64,000 nucleotides of DNA, taken from assembly GCA_964035545.1 (NCBI GenBank), contig OZ037767.1:9248581-9312580 (forward strand), given 5' to 3'. This stretch comes from Bugula neritina (Eukaryota > Animalia > Bryozoa). The translations under genes and the position numbers were made by a program. Under the pieces are notes generated by a model. That model did no database searches, had not been told where the DNA came from, and was given only the letters and a program-made list of their open reading frames with translations. Numbering within the stretch: the stretch's first letter is position 1; each line of letters begins with the position of its first letter. Shown here piece by piece: positions 37,301 to 51,300 of this stretch.

Positions 37301-40300
37301 AATGCTCCGGGTCCCTCATCTATACAGAACTCTGACATGCCACGGTCCATGCTAGACAATGTAGTGGCTGCGGCTACAGCTCCTGAGACTATCTCCAGCA
37401 CACCTGGCCAGCCTGTTGAGTTTAACCACGCCATCAGCTATGTTAACAAAATAAAGAACAGGTTTCAAGGGCAGCCAGACATATACAAGAATTTCTTAGA
37501 GATTCTCCACAAGTATCAGAAGGAACAGAGACAGATTAAAGATGTGAGTCTGTAGTAGTTGAAGTGGTGAATATAGAAGTTTATGTACATGTAAATATTG
37601 TTTTGAGCTCTTCAGGCTTGAATGTGTTACAGCTCATTGATATTGAATTAAATTAGTTCATTATCTTTTGAAAATAGAAAATATGTAAACTATTCATGTA
37701 AATCAATTTTTTTTAAGTTTTTGTTTAGTTAGTTTTGATTCGTGCCTGGCTTCCTTATTCAATTCAATTGAAGCTGGTAAATTAGAATAAAAAATTAGTA
37801 AATCTCCTTAAATTGAGCTAAATTTGGCTATGGGTAGAGCATAAAATGCTTTACTGCATTCTTTTTGGTTAAATAGTTTACTGTGGAGCTATAGCTATAC
37901 ACATTCTTCGTTATTAGTGTGAACAGCAAAAATTATGATGTGACGTCAAAGCTATGTAGTCTGAACACTCAATTATCATTTTTAGTAAAGCTAGAAAAGG
38001 CTGAAACTTGTAATAGACGTTTTCAGTAAGTTACCTTTCTCTGCAGCTCCGTTAATTCACCTAAGGGTGTAAGTACTGTAATGTGTATGGTGTTCTAGGG
38101 CACTATTGCTCCTAGTGGTAAACCACTGACAGAGACTGAAGTATACTCTCAAGTTGCTAAGCTCTTTCAAAACCAGGAAGATTTGCTGAAAGAATTTGGA
38201 CAATTCTTGCCAGATGCCAATGGGCAAGGGGGATTCTTTTCTAAGGTATGTTCAGTAAGTTTTGTTGATGAAGATGCAGAAAGTTTGTTGGGCTAATACT
38301 AAATTGATGGTATATTGTTGCTAAAATATTTAGTGTTTTGCAATAGTAAACCGTGTACCAATAGGTTGCATGACATGACACCTCTGGTTATTCTATTCAA
38401 TGTATGTTTGTGGTATTACCTGTATAATTGTTCCTCAGGGAGTCATGTTTGGAGAGCTGAAGGACCCTCCTGTTCCGGTAAAGTCTAAACAGTTTTCTAT
38501 CACTGGCAAAAGAGACACCCATACATCCAGTAAACTGTCCTCAAACTCCAGTACCATGAGAAAGTACGGTAGTTCTGGTATGGGTGGTGCTGCACCTCCC
38601 AGCAAAAAGCCCAAACTATCAACAGCAACTGGTGTTGGTGGCAACAAAGAGTTTTCTCTTGCTGATGCCGGCAAATATGGCACACTCTCTGAATATGCTT
38701 TCTTTGATAAGGTAAGGTAGAGTTTTTATCTTCATTTATTAACTGTTACTGTCTAACCTATCTATTTAGTTTATTTCCTATAGTAAGTAACAGACTGTAT
38801 TTATTTCCATTCCATTTTGTTGAAGTTTGGAAAAGTTTGCTGAATAAATAAAATATTGTTACTAATAAATAGGTTTTTGAGTTTATTCTGGAGCACATTT
38901 AGTCTTTCTATTAGTAACTATGTGTTTTCCATCCCACAGGTAAAGAAAGTGCTGCGTTCTCAAGAAGTATACGACAACTTCCTCAGATGCATTGTTCTGT
39001 TCAACTCTGAGGTTTTGACTCGTTCAGAACTCCTTCAACTCTGTCAGCCATTCCTTGGCAAGTTTCCCGAACTCCAGCGCCGTTTCAAGGATATTCTTGG
39101 CTACAAGGAGGACGGATCCCTCATGGATCCTATCTCTGCTACCTCCATCTCTGGTATGCATATCAAACCAGAAAGAAGTCTAAGAGATGACCTTGCTATG
39201 GAAATAGGTTGGTAAAGTCACTTTACACTTTGCTGGTTGAAAGGTGACTCGCTCACCTGCAATCTCATTCCTGTGGCCAGCAGTTGATGCTTAATAGCTT
39301 TCATTAATTAATGAATAAGTCTATGTAATAACAGGCTATGCTACAATAATAGTTGTAAATATTGTTTCAGTAAAATTTGAGTATTATATATTTACAATAG
39401 TTGGTCATCATGCATTTGATGATGGTCATTTTGTATAAATTGTTGTTTGTCTGAATACAGATATGAAACAAATTTATTAGATGATGGTAAATTTTAAACA
39501 GCTGACATATGCATTGTTATTTAGATTAAATATGGTTCTGGGTTGAACCATTTTTTAAACCTTTATGTGGGAACTTTCGTTTTTATGTTCAGTGCTATTA
39601 TTTTAAAAGTGAGATCAACTGTGACACTGTTGTTGTACAATGTTTGCTGCTTGCAGACTATTCGTCCTGTAAAAGGTATGGGCACAGCTATAGAGCGCTG
39701 CCAAAGGCATACACACCAGTGCGCTGCTCTGGTCGCACTACTCTCTGTAGAGAAGTGCTTAATGACTCGTGGGTTTCCTTCCCATCCTGGTCTGAGGAGT
39801 CCACTTTCGTCACTTCTCGGAAGACTACGTATGAAGAAAATATTTACAGATGTGAAGATGAGCGATTTGAGGTGAAATATTTTACATTTATACCGGATAC
39901 CGTGTCTTTCTGTTTTGTTACGAATTCTGCAGCATGTAAAGTTGAATAAACCTGTCAAGTTGTGACAAACTAAATAACATCCGCGCCTGGCTACTATTTT
40001 GAGCTATACAGCAGTTATATGTACAAGTAGTGACTCTTGACATACTTGGTAGTTTGTATACTTATTTACACTGAATAAAAGTAAGTTTGCATGTTATTAA
40101 GTATAAGATAAGTGGGCAAATAACACATTCTCTTGTACAATCTACATAATTATACAGCATGCGCCAATGATTCATAATGTTTGAACATTTAGCTGGACGT
40201 TGTAATAGAACTGAACATGGCTACCATCAAGGTCTTGGAATCAGTGCAACAGAAACTGCAGAAAATGTCATCTGATGAAGCTGCCAAGTATAAGCTGGAA

Positions 40301-43300
40301 AATAATCTCGGAGGTACGTTATGTCCTATCTTACACTGTACACCCTGTCCTATCTCACACTGTACACCTTGTCCTATCTCATACTGTACACCCTGTCCTA
40401 TCTCACACTGTACACCCTGTCCTATCTCATACCGTACACCCTGTCCTATCTCACACTGTACACCCTGTCCTATCTCACTCTGTACACCCTGTCCTATCTC
40501 ACACTGTACACCCTGTCCTATCTCACACTGTACACCCTGTCCTATCTCACACTGTACACCTTGTCCTATCTCATACTGTACACCCTGTCCTATCTCACAC
40601 TGTACACCTTGTCCTATCTCACACTGTACACCCTGTCCTATCTCACACTGTACACCCTGTCCTATCTCACACTGTACACCTTGTCCTATCTCACACCTTG
40701 TCCTATCTCACACTGTACACCTTGTCCTATCTCACACTGTACACCCTGTCCTATCTCACACTGTACACCCTGTCCTATCTCACACCTTGTCCTATCTTGC
40801 ACTGTACACCCTGTCCTATCTCACACTGTACACCCTGTCCTATCTCACACTGTACACCCTGTCCTATCTCACACCTTGTCCTATCTCACACCTTGTCCTA
40901 TCTCGCACTGTACACCCTGTCCTATCTCACACTGTACACCTTGTCCTATCTTACACTGTACACCCTGTCCTATCTCATACTGTACACCTTGTCCTATCTC
41001 ACACTGTACACCCTGTCCTATCTCACACCTTGTCCTATCTCACACTGTACACCCTGTCCTATCTCACTCTGTACACCCTGTCCTATCTCATACTGTACAC
41101 CTTGTCCTATCTCACACCTTGTCCTATCTTGCACTGTACACCCTGTCCTATCTCACACTGTACACCCTGTCCTATCTCACACTGTACACCTTGTCCTATC
41201 TCACACTGTACACCCTGTCCTATCTCACACTGTACACCCTGTCCTATCTCACACCTTGTCCTATCTTGCACTGTACACCCTGTCCTATCTCACACTGTAC
41301 ACCCTGTCCTATCTCACACTGTACACCCTGTCCTATCTCACACTGTACACCCTGTCCTATCTCACACTGTACACCCTGTCCTATCTCACACCTTGTCCTA
41401 TCTCACACCTTGTCCTATCTCGCACTGTACACCCTGTCCTATCTCACACTGTACACCTTGTCCTATCTTACACTGTACACCCTGTCCTATCTCATACTGT
41501 ACACCTTGTCCTATCTCACACTGTACACCCTGTCCTATCTCACACCTTGTCCTATCTCACACTGTACACCCTGTCCTATCTCACACTGTACACCTTGTCC
41601 TATCTCACACTGTACACCCTGTTCTATCTCACACTGTACACCCTGTCCTATCTCACACTGTACACCCTGTCCTATCTCACACTGTACACCTTGTCCTATC
41701 TCACACCTTGTCCTATCTCGCACTGTACACCCTGTCCTATCTCACACTGTACACCTTGTCCTATCTTACACTGTACACCCTGTCCTATCTCATACTGTAC
41801 ACCTTGTCCTATCTCACACTGTACACCCTGTCCTATCTCACACCTTGTCCTATCTCACACTGTACACCCTGTCCTATCTCACACTGTACACCTTGTCCTA
41901 TCTCACACTGTACACCCTGTCCTATCTCACACTGTACACCCTGTCCTATCTCATACCGTACACCATGTCCTATCTCACACTGTACACCCTGTCCTATCTC
42001 ACACTGTACACCCTGTCCTATCTCACACTGTACACCTTGTCCTATCTCATACTGTACACCTTGTCCTATCTCATACTGTACACCCTGTCCTATCTCACAC
42101 TGTACACCCTGTCCTATCTCATACTGTACACCCTGTCCTATCTCATACTGTACACCCTGTCCTATCTCACACCCTGTCCTATCTCATACTGTACACCTTG
42201 TCCTATCTCACACTGTACACCCTGTCCTATCTCACACTGTACACCTTGTCCTATCTCACACTGTACACCCTGTCCTATCTCACACTGTACACCCTGTCCT
42301 ATCTCACACCTTGTCCTATCTCACACTGTACACCCTGTTCTATCTCACACTGTACACCCTGTCCTATCTCACACTGTACACCCTGTCCTATCTCACACTG
42401 TACACCCTGTCCTATCTCATACTGTACACCCTGTCCTATCTCACACTGTACACCCTGTCCTATCTCACACTGTACACCCTGTCCTATCTTATACTGTACA
42501 CCTTGTCCTATCTCGCACTGTACACCCTGTCCTATCTCACACTGTACACCTTGTCCTATCTCACACCCTGTCCTATCTCACACTGTACACCCTGTCCTAT
42601 CTCATACTGTACACCTTGTCCTATCTCATACTGTACACCCTGTCCTATCTCATACTGTACACCTTGTCCTATCTCACACCTTGTCCTATCTTATACTGAG
42701 CACCTTATTCTATATTAAACAGATAAGCTGATTTTTTTCAGAATGTGTTTTAACCATAAGTTGCCCCTCTTGACATTACTGCGCCACAATACTCCTATTT
42801 ACTGCCCGTTTTTCTCCCTGTTTAAATAATCAACTGTAATGCCACGGTGTATGCTGCTTGTACAATAGTAAATCAGCTTAGGTCTTGACGATCTTCAGTA
42901 CAGAACATTGCTTGTGAATCTAATTATGACCTAACTTTGTCTTCAGGCTCATCAGATGTGATTCACCGAAAGGCTATACACCGTATCTATGGCGACAAGG
43001 CTGTTGACATCATTGAGGGGCTGAAGAAGAATCCCGTGGTAGCTGTACCGTTGGTTCTTAGACGTCTCAAGGGTAAAGATGAGGAGTGGAAGGAGGCACA
43101 GAGACAGTTCAATAAGGTGGAGCAGCTCCTTATGATACTGAATATGCTGTACAGCACAAGACGTTTAGCTCCTGCTTGTTGTTTTTAATTGTGTCTCTCA
43201 AAACATAATATAACCCATTGCTTTTCTGGTTAGGTTTGGAGAGAACAGAATGAGAAGTTCTACCTCAAGTCACTAGACCACCAAGGAATTAATTTTAAAC

Positions 43301-46300
43301 AGAACGACACCAAAGCCCTCCGTTCCAAGAGTCTGTTGAATGAGATAGAAGCTATATATGAAGCTGAGCAGAACAACAAGAGGGACTCTGTATGTTACTT
43401 TGAGTTGATATATCGCCATTATTCAGAAGTCGTAGGACTAAAACAGAAGTATGTGATATATCTAAACCAGTATTGAAGTGAGTTACTCGTAATATTTATA
43501 GATGCTTGTTTATGACCACTTTCAGGCTGATGCTTCTGGCAATCCTATTGTTATTGCTCCTACCGCAGCCAATGCAGAGAAGCAGCCCCATTTGACCTTC
43601 ACCTATAAGAACCCGAGCACTGTTGACGATGCTATGAACTTGATAATACATCATGCTAGGCGCCAGGCCAGTATACAGAAGGAGGACAAGCGTCTCATTA
43701 AACAGCTGTTGAGGCAGAATATTCAGAAGTTCTTTCACAGATCAGTTGTGCCTCTTTCGGATGACGAGGACGATGGTGAGTAGTTGTACTGCGTAGGTTA
43801 CTTGCTATCTCTACTGCTGGTATACTCTAGTACTATAAGTTCACTGCCAGCACATGCTGTAACGTACTCTGGTCTAGTTGTTGTCTGCTCCTGTAGATGA
43901 CGACTCCGAAGAGGATGAGAAAGACGGCTCTAAGCCGAGCTCGCCAATGCTGGCAACTGAGAAGTCCCGGAGATCCTCTAGCCGGGTGAAAGCGTCGGCC
44001 TCTTCTGCCTCAAACAAAGAAACAGAAGAGAAAAAATCTCATGTGAAAACAGAGGCTGAAGAACAAGATGGTGATTTGCAGGTACGGATAATGTGGGCTA
44101 CCTATTAGATGATTTTCCCCTTTTGCTGAGTCCACTTCTGTAAAAGGCATCATAAGAACCAAAATGTATAGTTTTTTGTTCTCTTGTTTCATGCATTGCA
44201 CTCTTCTTTGTTGTCACTCTAGCTGTAGTTGTCCTGTTATGTAATCCACAGAGGGGTCTTGAATTTTGTGCCTATTGGACCCTGTATTAAGTCATAATAT
44301 TTCATATATTATTAACGTTACAATTGAACTTTTGAATAATCTTGCTGTATGTGTGGCTGTGTGCTTAGTAAATTTTACTAGAGTTTTTCTTTACCTCAAT
44401 GTCCGCTTATGTTGCAGACATCAACTGAGAGTAGCAACAAGTACTCCTTGTTTTATGCCAACAGTAACTGGTACCTATTTCTAAGGCTGCACCAGATCCT
44501 CTGTCAAAGGCTGTCTCAAATCAAAGGTGTCTGTGATAGACTGGTCAAAGAGAGTCTGGAATGTGAAAAGAATAAAAGTGACTCGATAGCCGTTGCCCTC
44601 CGCCTTCGTCTTCCAAGTGAGTACACAGTGATGGTCACAACACCAGCATTCCCTCATATAATGAGCATGTCTGCTTGTTTTCTATGATATGTACCGTGAT
44701 CCGCTCTACTAGAAGTTGTGAGTTTTGAGATGACTCACCAACCCAACTCACCATCGGCATAGTTTGCTGTCATGTGTATTTTCTGACTATCAAGGGGTGA
44801 ACCTGACAGATGCTGTAGTTCGGACCATTTGGGTTCTGGTACCAGTAGCAGGTTTTTAAACTGTGACCTGGTAGTAACAATAATAGTGGTGGGAGCAGCA
44901 CCAGTGGTAGCAGTAGTAGTAATAGCAATGGTGGTTGTAGTAAAATAATATTAGCAATAGTTTTTATAATAGATGTGATGTATTCGTAGTAGTGTGTGCT
45001 ATCAGTAAAAATTGTTGTGATATAATCATAATTGATCATATTATTCTGACCTAAATCATATAGACTTTGGGTTTTTCTACTTGGTATTACTTCTTAGGTG
45101 ACGTTGAGCCACAACGGTATTACAGCAACTTTTTGGAGCTGGTAAAGTCACTATTGGATGGTAACATTGAATGTAGTCATTACGAAGACCAGCTGAGAGA
45201 CGTGTTTGGTATACATGCATACATCACATTCACCATGGACAAACTTATTCAGAATGCCGTCAAGCAGGTGTGCAAATTCTCAGATCTACTGTTGCTGTGT
45301 TCTATGGTTGTGTCAAATATCTGTGACTGACTTGCAGTGTACTGGGGAGAGGGGAGGGGGAGGGGGGTGGATGCAGTCAGCTTGTACTTTCACCATTCAA
45401 CTTTCCACTTTTTCAAGAATTATTATCATAGTGCTGTCTCACCAAAGTGTTTGTCCTTACCGTTAGTGAAATCAACATTAAACTTGATTTGCTCTTGAAA
45501 ATTTAATTAAATATATATTATTTAGTAATAGAATCAGCATTAAATATTGCAGCTTGCTTGCTGGTACAATGAATAATAGTGGTACCCTAAGTAACAGCAG
45601 TATTTGATGTTGAATTATATTGTTGTGTTGTAGCTGCAGTATATAGTGACTGATGACCTATGCAGAGATGTCACGGACAATTGGATCAAGGAAGTAGCAA
45701 ATAATGCAGCAGGTGGTGACATGTGCACTCGAAGTGAAAGAATTAGTATAGAAAACATTTACAAGAAGAATATGGAGAACCTCATCAGTGAAGATAACTG
45801 CTTTGAGATCACTATGGTACGTTTTACCTACACACTAGTCTATAAACATCTAATATTTTCACTCTCCTCGTCAGTTACTAAATTAGGGAGCAGCCGTGGT
45901 CTAGGGGTTAGAGCGTTTGCCTAGTAAACACAAAGTCATGGGTTCGAACTGTAATAAAGGCCATTGATGATGTTAGGAAGAGCATCCAGTCGTAATTGCT
46001 CCTGTGCCTCATCTAAATTAGTCCTTAGCCCGATCTAATAAAAACCCTTCCATTAGGGGTTTCTCACAGGGATAGCGACTATAAACTTGCGTGAGTTTTT
46101 TGTTAGTTACCAAACCTTTCAACTGATATTAATTTATTTTGCTGTTAGTACCAGAAAGATAATCTCTTGGCAATATCACTGTTGGATACGGACACCGAGG
46201 ACTCTATAGGCTCTGTGGTTGGCCATGCGGAGAAGTGGCACGACTACATAGATAAATATTTACCTGGCGACTCAGACCCAGAGTTGACGGATGAGGTAAA

Positions 46301-47719
46301 AGAGCATCTGAAACGCAAACCAATCTTCCTCAAGCAGTGAGTTTCACAGCATTTCTCAATTTGTGTATGTTATAATCTGCATGAAACTATGTCTCTTCCC
46401 TTTCAAGTTGAGCTTAGAGTAAAACCTATACGGGTTTTTATTCACTGGATTTTTGTTTATTTTTCTGCATAGTAACATTAGGAGCTGGGAGAAAGCGAAC
46501 GCCAAGTCTGCTATGTCAAAATCTAATCTACAGTTGAGCAGCAGCTCTGCCAAAGTTCCCGGACAGGAAGAAGGTTGTGATGCTCCCAGTTCTGCTGTCG
46601 ACACCACAAAAACTGCTGAGGCAGAATCTAATACAAATGGAGAAATAAAACAACAGGTAATACTTGACGTAGAATAAAATTATTGTAGTATTTGTCAAAA
46701 CTAAAGAATGCAGGTAAGACTTACAAGTATATTATATTAAAATTAAACTTTACTGATATGGTGTTGCAACATCAGCTCAGAACTGTTACTTTTTACTTTG
46801 TAGAGTTCACATCAACGTTCATTGTTACTGTTTATTATCTGATATGTGACCAGTCTATGAATTGCTCCTAAATATTTGCTTTTTATGCACATCATTCTTT
46901 ACAGATTGATGCAGATAAAACTACTGCATGTGAACTGCCTGACGACCTTGACATAAGAGAGGGAGAGCAATGCAAACTCAATCTAGGCTCATATAAAATG
47001 GTGAAGGTGGTGAAGAGTGAGGACTATCTCTACAGGAAAGAGGCATTCACCCGCGCTGCTAAGGTACATCTCACTACTACTACCTCTCACTACTACTACC
47101 TCTCACTACTCCTACCTCTCACCACTCCTACATCTCACTATTACTACATCTCACCACTACTACCTCTCACTACTACTACCTCTCACTACTACTACCTCTC
47201 ACTACTACTACATCTCACCACTCCTACATCTCACTATTACTACATCTCACCACTACTACGTCGCACTACTACGTTTCACCACTTGTAGACACATAAGAAG
47301 GTCAGTCAAGCAATGCACAAAAAGTGGGCTAAGTTTTGTGGTGCCTGGAAAGAGAAGAACACAACTCCCACTGAGTCATCTAAAATCAAGTCTTGGCTGA
47401 ATGGAGAAGATTTGGAGAACTGCAGGCCATGCCAGACTGTGTGTATTGCCATCAATGATTTGGACAACGCACCGTACAGGCTTTATAACAGATACAGTGT
47501 ATGTATTGACATCTCAGCTCTCATTCCTCTAGCTGTTCAAGATGTGTTTGTAGCTCTAATGCTCCTACATGTTGCCTATTTACTCTTGATATGTATTTTG
47601 AATACTGTATGTCACAGGTGAGATATGAGAAAGTTACTGCCGCTGTCACCACAGCCATAGATGACGGCTCTCTAACTGCCCTCACCGCTGCATCTGATGA
47701 AGTGATGGATACTGTATAA
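34303..47719 (+). CDS. SIN3A: SIN3 transcriptional corepressor (PAH1-3, HID, Sin3_C); 24 exons: 34303-34314, 34481-34750, 35205-35494, 35885-35969, 36075-36313, 36525-36768, 37283-37543, 38099-38245, 38439-38711, 38940-39207, 39657-39871, 40193-40313, 42947-43116, 43234-43389, 43526-43775, 43897-44081, 44418-44616, 45098-45267, 45634-45816, 46149-46336, 46473-46656, 46905-47063, 47289-47498, 47618-47719
   Basis: [48 protein letters not shown] (PAH1), [19 protein letters not shown] (PAH2), [24 protein letters not shown] (PAH3), [24 protein letters not shown] and YLKSLDHQG (HID), [11 protein letters not shown]. Phases consistent; the N-terminal exons are less certain. Confidence 0.95.
36426..36527 (+). 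repeat. 19-bp tandem repeat ACAGTATCTAATATATTCT x5 plus a partial copy, spanning the SIN3 exon 6 acceptor
   Basis: Seen directly; the last CAG (36522-24) is the productive acceptor. Confidence 0.95.
40322..42700. repeat. 2.4-kb intronic satellite: 24-bp unit CCCTGTCCTATCTCACACTGTACA with interspersed 17-bp deletion variants
   Basis: About 100 units. Variant blocks (tctcgcac/tcttacac/tctcatac) recur near 40900, 41420 and 41715, indicating higher-order structure. Confidence 0.97.
45886..46101 (+). mobile_element. tRNA-derived SINE in a SIN3 intron
   Basis: Head GGGAGCAGCCGTGGTCTAGGGGTTAGAGCG (A box) and GGGTTCGAAC (B box), a non-tRNA body and a T-rich tail. A second partial copy is at 26055-26166. 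Confidence 0.8.
47066..47280. repeat. 16/19-bp TACCTCTCACTACTAC minisatellite filling almost the whole SIN3 intron 22
   Basis: Seen directly between the donor at 47064 and the acceptor at 47288. Confidence 0.9.
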
Positions 47720-48368
47720 ACCGGATTGGCCATTCTAATTTGCCAGACATGGTGGCAATATACTTTTCCACGTCACCAATCACTGTGAGGAGATTTCACT
47801 TGTTTTCAGAGTTGCTAACAAGCTATTTTCTATGCAGTTAGACCAGCTGTAGATATGTAAATATTTACTGTATTATAATGTGTACTTGACAATATTCCTA
47901 ATCAGCAATATTCTCGACTTGATGGAACACCTACAGAAAATTTTGTTTTCCGAGAGTTCTAAATAATACATTAGTGTTGTCTTCTATATTATACTCTTTA
48001 TTGGTATTAATATTTGTATTATAAATTATATTGAGCGTATCAGCATTTGGTAATAAATTAAATATTTTAAATAATAAATATTGCTTATTATTTCTCATAA
48101 CTCAGCAAATAATTTTAAAGTGTTGCCAACAAGTAATTGGTTTGGCATATGAAATAACTTTGATGGAAACTAAATGCTCTTTAAATAATGTTTGTATAAA
48201 ATTGAGACATAGTCATCCCCAAATACCTTGCAATGAGATATTAACAGTTCTTGTTTAGTTAGCATGCAGGCCAGCATGTGATTAATAGCTTGCATAAAAA
48301 CCACCATTTGAAGATGCAATCCTTTCTACGTGTTCTGATAAATTGAAATCTGTATTCGGCTCATAGTT

Positions 48369-51300
48369 TCAAGGGTAGCTTTCTCCTGGTTGCCTAACAG
48401 CACTGCTATTATCATCTAAAACATCCCAATAGTAGTCCATAGTAAACCAAATACTAATTAATGTTCAGCATTATAATGATATTCAAATACTGTGCATTAA
48501 AGAAAAACTGCCTATATTATGTCGATAGCTTTGCTACTTGTCAACTGAAAGAGCCCAGCTTTCTTGAGTTATGTTAAGACTTTAACACTATGTCCCCATA
48601 CTTCAACAGATTTTTCATTCGATGCGTGGAGACAGTTTCAATGGAATGAAACTACAACCATAGGTTCATGCAAACTGCAACCCCAAATCCCTTCCTAATC
48701 AATTATGGGAACATAGTGAAAGTGTCCTTATTTTTCAACAAATTTTGATTGTTACACCGAAATCCCTGAGCTGGCTACAATTGCAAGCAAACCCAATGAA
48801 AACACAAAACCAAATCAGTTTTTCTTTGTACAATTATTTTTCACTTAGTAGGTATGTGAAGATTTATCTAAAACACTGTACAGGTGAGTATAGAAACTGA
48901 TATCTGATGGAATTACAGATATTCAAAAATGGAGGTTTATGTACTTTGGGCAACCACTAGTTTAGTGCCTGTTTACTTTTAAAGTAGGACTGATAAATGG
49001 GCATATAACCATGAAACTGTGTATAGCCGATAGATCAAATATGTTTGAGTATTTCAATAATACATGAATGTAACTAGTCAGCTGTGCTTCAAACAAAACA
49101 TATCTCAAAATGCCAATTTGCTCAACTTAGACTTCCTATGGGATGAATGCATCACTTATATGTATTTAAGTATGTTTGATGTTTATAGAATAATAAAATG
49201 AGCCGAACCTGGCTGAGTACTAGTTCTTTCACTTCTGCTGACTATTCCCTCAGCTCTGGCTTGGTCTAGTAAACTCTTGAGGACGGCGTCGTCAAGGTGT
49301 GGCTGTGTTGATATAACCACATCCCTAAAATATCTAGTTTGCATGAGTCAATGAGCAAAGCACTTAGCTTGTGTTTTAATATTGTGTTAAGGAGTTACAC
49401 ACTCAGCTACAGATTCTTTTATAATAATCCCATAGGAAACTTCAGAGGTAGGTGCAGCTATGGAGAAATTGAAAAAAGCCTGTGCTTTAGATATTAAAAG
49501 TGTAGCAAAAGAAGTTATGTTTCTCAAATTTAATGATAAAGTTAAGGAACTTAGGCTATCTCAATTTCTCCACTACTGCTCCTAAGCAGAAATTCATACA
49601 TTAAATCGTATTTGATTAAAATTCAATGAGATGTTGTTTTAAATTAATAGTATATAAATATAAGCATAATACTTTATGATGCAACTATTGAAGTTAAAAC
49701 CAAGTACCTACCTTGGTGAGTTAGATTGTGACAGCGAGTCTGTTTCTAACGCAGCTCTAGACATCGTGTGCCTACATTGATCTAGCAGGGCGTGAAGTTG
49801 CTGACCTGTGAGACTGGGTGACTCCATCTACGTCACAACGTAATAAGGTGTTATAATGTAATATGATGTCATAACGTAATAAGGTGTCACAATAATAACA
49901 AGTCACAATGTAGTATGATGTCACAATGTAGTATGATGTCACAATGTAGTATGATGTCACAATGTAATTTATGATGTCACAATGTAGTATGGTGTCACAA
50001 TGTAATATGATGTCACAATGTAGTATGGTGTCACAATGTAATATGATGTCACAATGTAGTATGATGTCACAATGTAATATGATGTCACAATGTAGTATGA
50101 TGTCACAATGTAGTATTATGTCACACTGTAATATGATGTCGCGATGTAATATGATGTCGCAATGTAAGATGGTGTCACAGCATAATATAATGACTAAAAA
50201 TTATTTTTTGGTTATATAGAAGTTCAAATACAATAAAAAAATTTATATGAAACAATTATTAAAGATGAAATGAAATATTCAAAACTTAAATGTTGACTTT
50301 TTTCAAATTCACACCCTTTAATAGTTGAAAATATTTAAGTTTTACAACAGTTGAATGTGAAATGCTGCTTTTCAGCTGAGCAAATTATTAAAATAATTAC
50401 AACGCTTGCCCCAGGCACTATTTACAGACCAATAGCTATTAATTTCAGTTAAACAAGAACAGAACTTGCAGATTATGTTGTCTGCTGCAGTCAAAGCTTC
50501 TGCAGTTACTTAATAGCATAAATGCATAATATTTGCAAAAATGGTTGTGTTTCAATTACTAGCATGAGAAAGTTCAAAGGTCAAAGTTATCAATGGTACC
50601 TCTAACTGGGCTGCTGTAGATAAACTGATCAGTTCTTTTTCAATATCAGCAAGTCTCCTTTGCTGATCCCGGTGTTCTTTTGCTTCCTGTAATGCTTTTT
50701 CCCCGATTTCATTGATGTGCGTGTTGAGATCATGAGTTAGAGAAAACAGCTGCAGCTAAATCATGATACACATAACAATTACAATAGCCATTGTGTAAGC
50801 TGTTAGATTGGTGAGTACATGCTCATTGCTTATAATTACATGTTGTAAAAGGTATGGATCCTATCACTTCTTTTACAATATTACAGATTCTTTGAATAAT
50901 CTGTCTTAAACCTGTTGTCTAAATGCTGTTGTATAAGAGAGCACAGTTGCTTTCTAAATAAACTGTCTGCTTTAAGTTGGATATTTTTGTATTCCCACAT
51001 GGTAAGACTTTTTTATGGTATAAAAACAACTTGTTTATTAAAATTAGTGGGCAACAAGCATTTAATAACACAAAAAATACCAGGTGATCGCGAACATAAA
51101 ATGCAATTATAGTTATATGCTTTTGTATGGCATAAAAAGAGCTATGCAACTCATAAAATTGTTTTCAATTTTCAAATATACAGGATCAAACTGCTATAAT
51201 ATGAATAAATTTCTGGTAAAATTAAAAAATTGCTTCATTCTAAGATGACAAGGTGTGACTGCAGCTACTTACAGAGTCGTATGAAATATTAGAAGGGGGC

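Noticed and set aside
40217-42731. Three ~800-aa ORFs as independent genes
   Set aside because: They are translations of a stop-free 24-bp satellite inside a SIN3 intron whose flanking exons join in phase.
45886-45965. tRNA gene
   Set aside because: A and B boxes are present but there is no acceptor-stem closure, and the sequence continues into a repeated SINE body.
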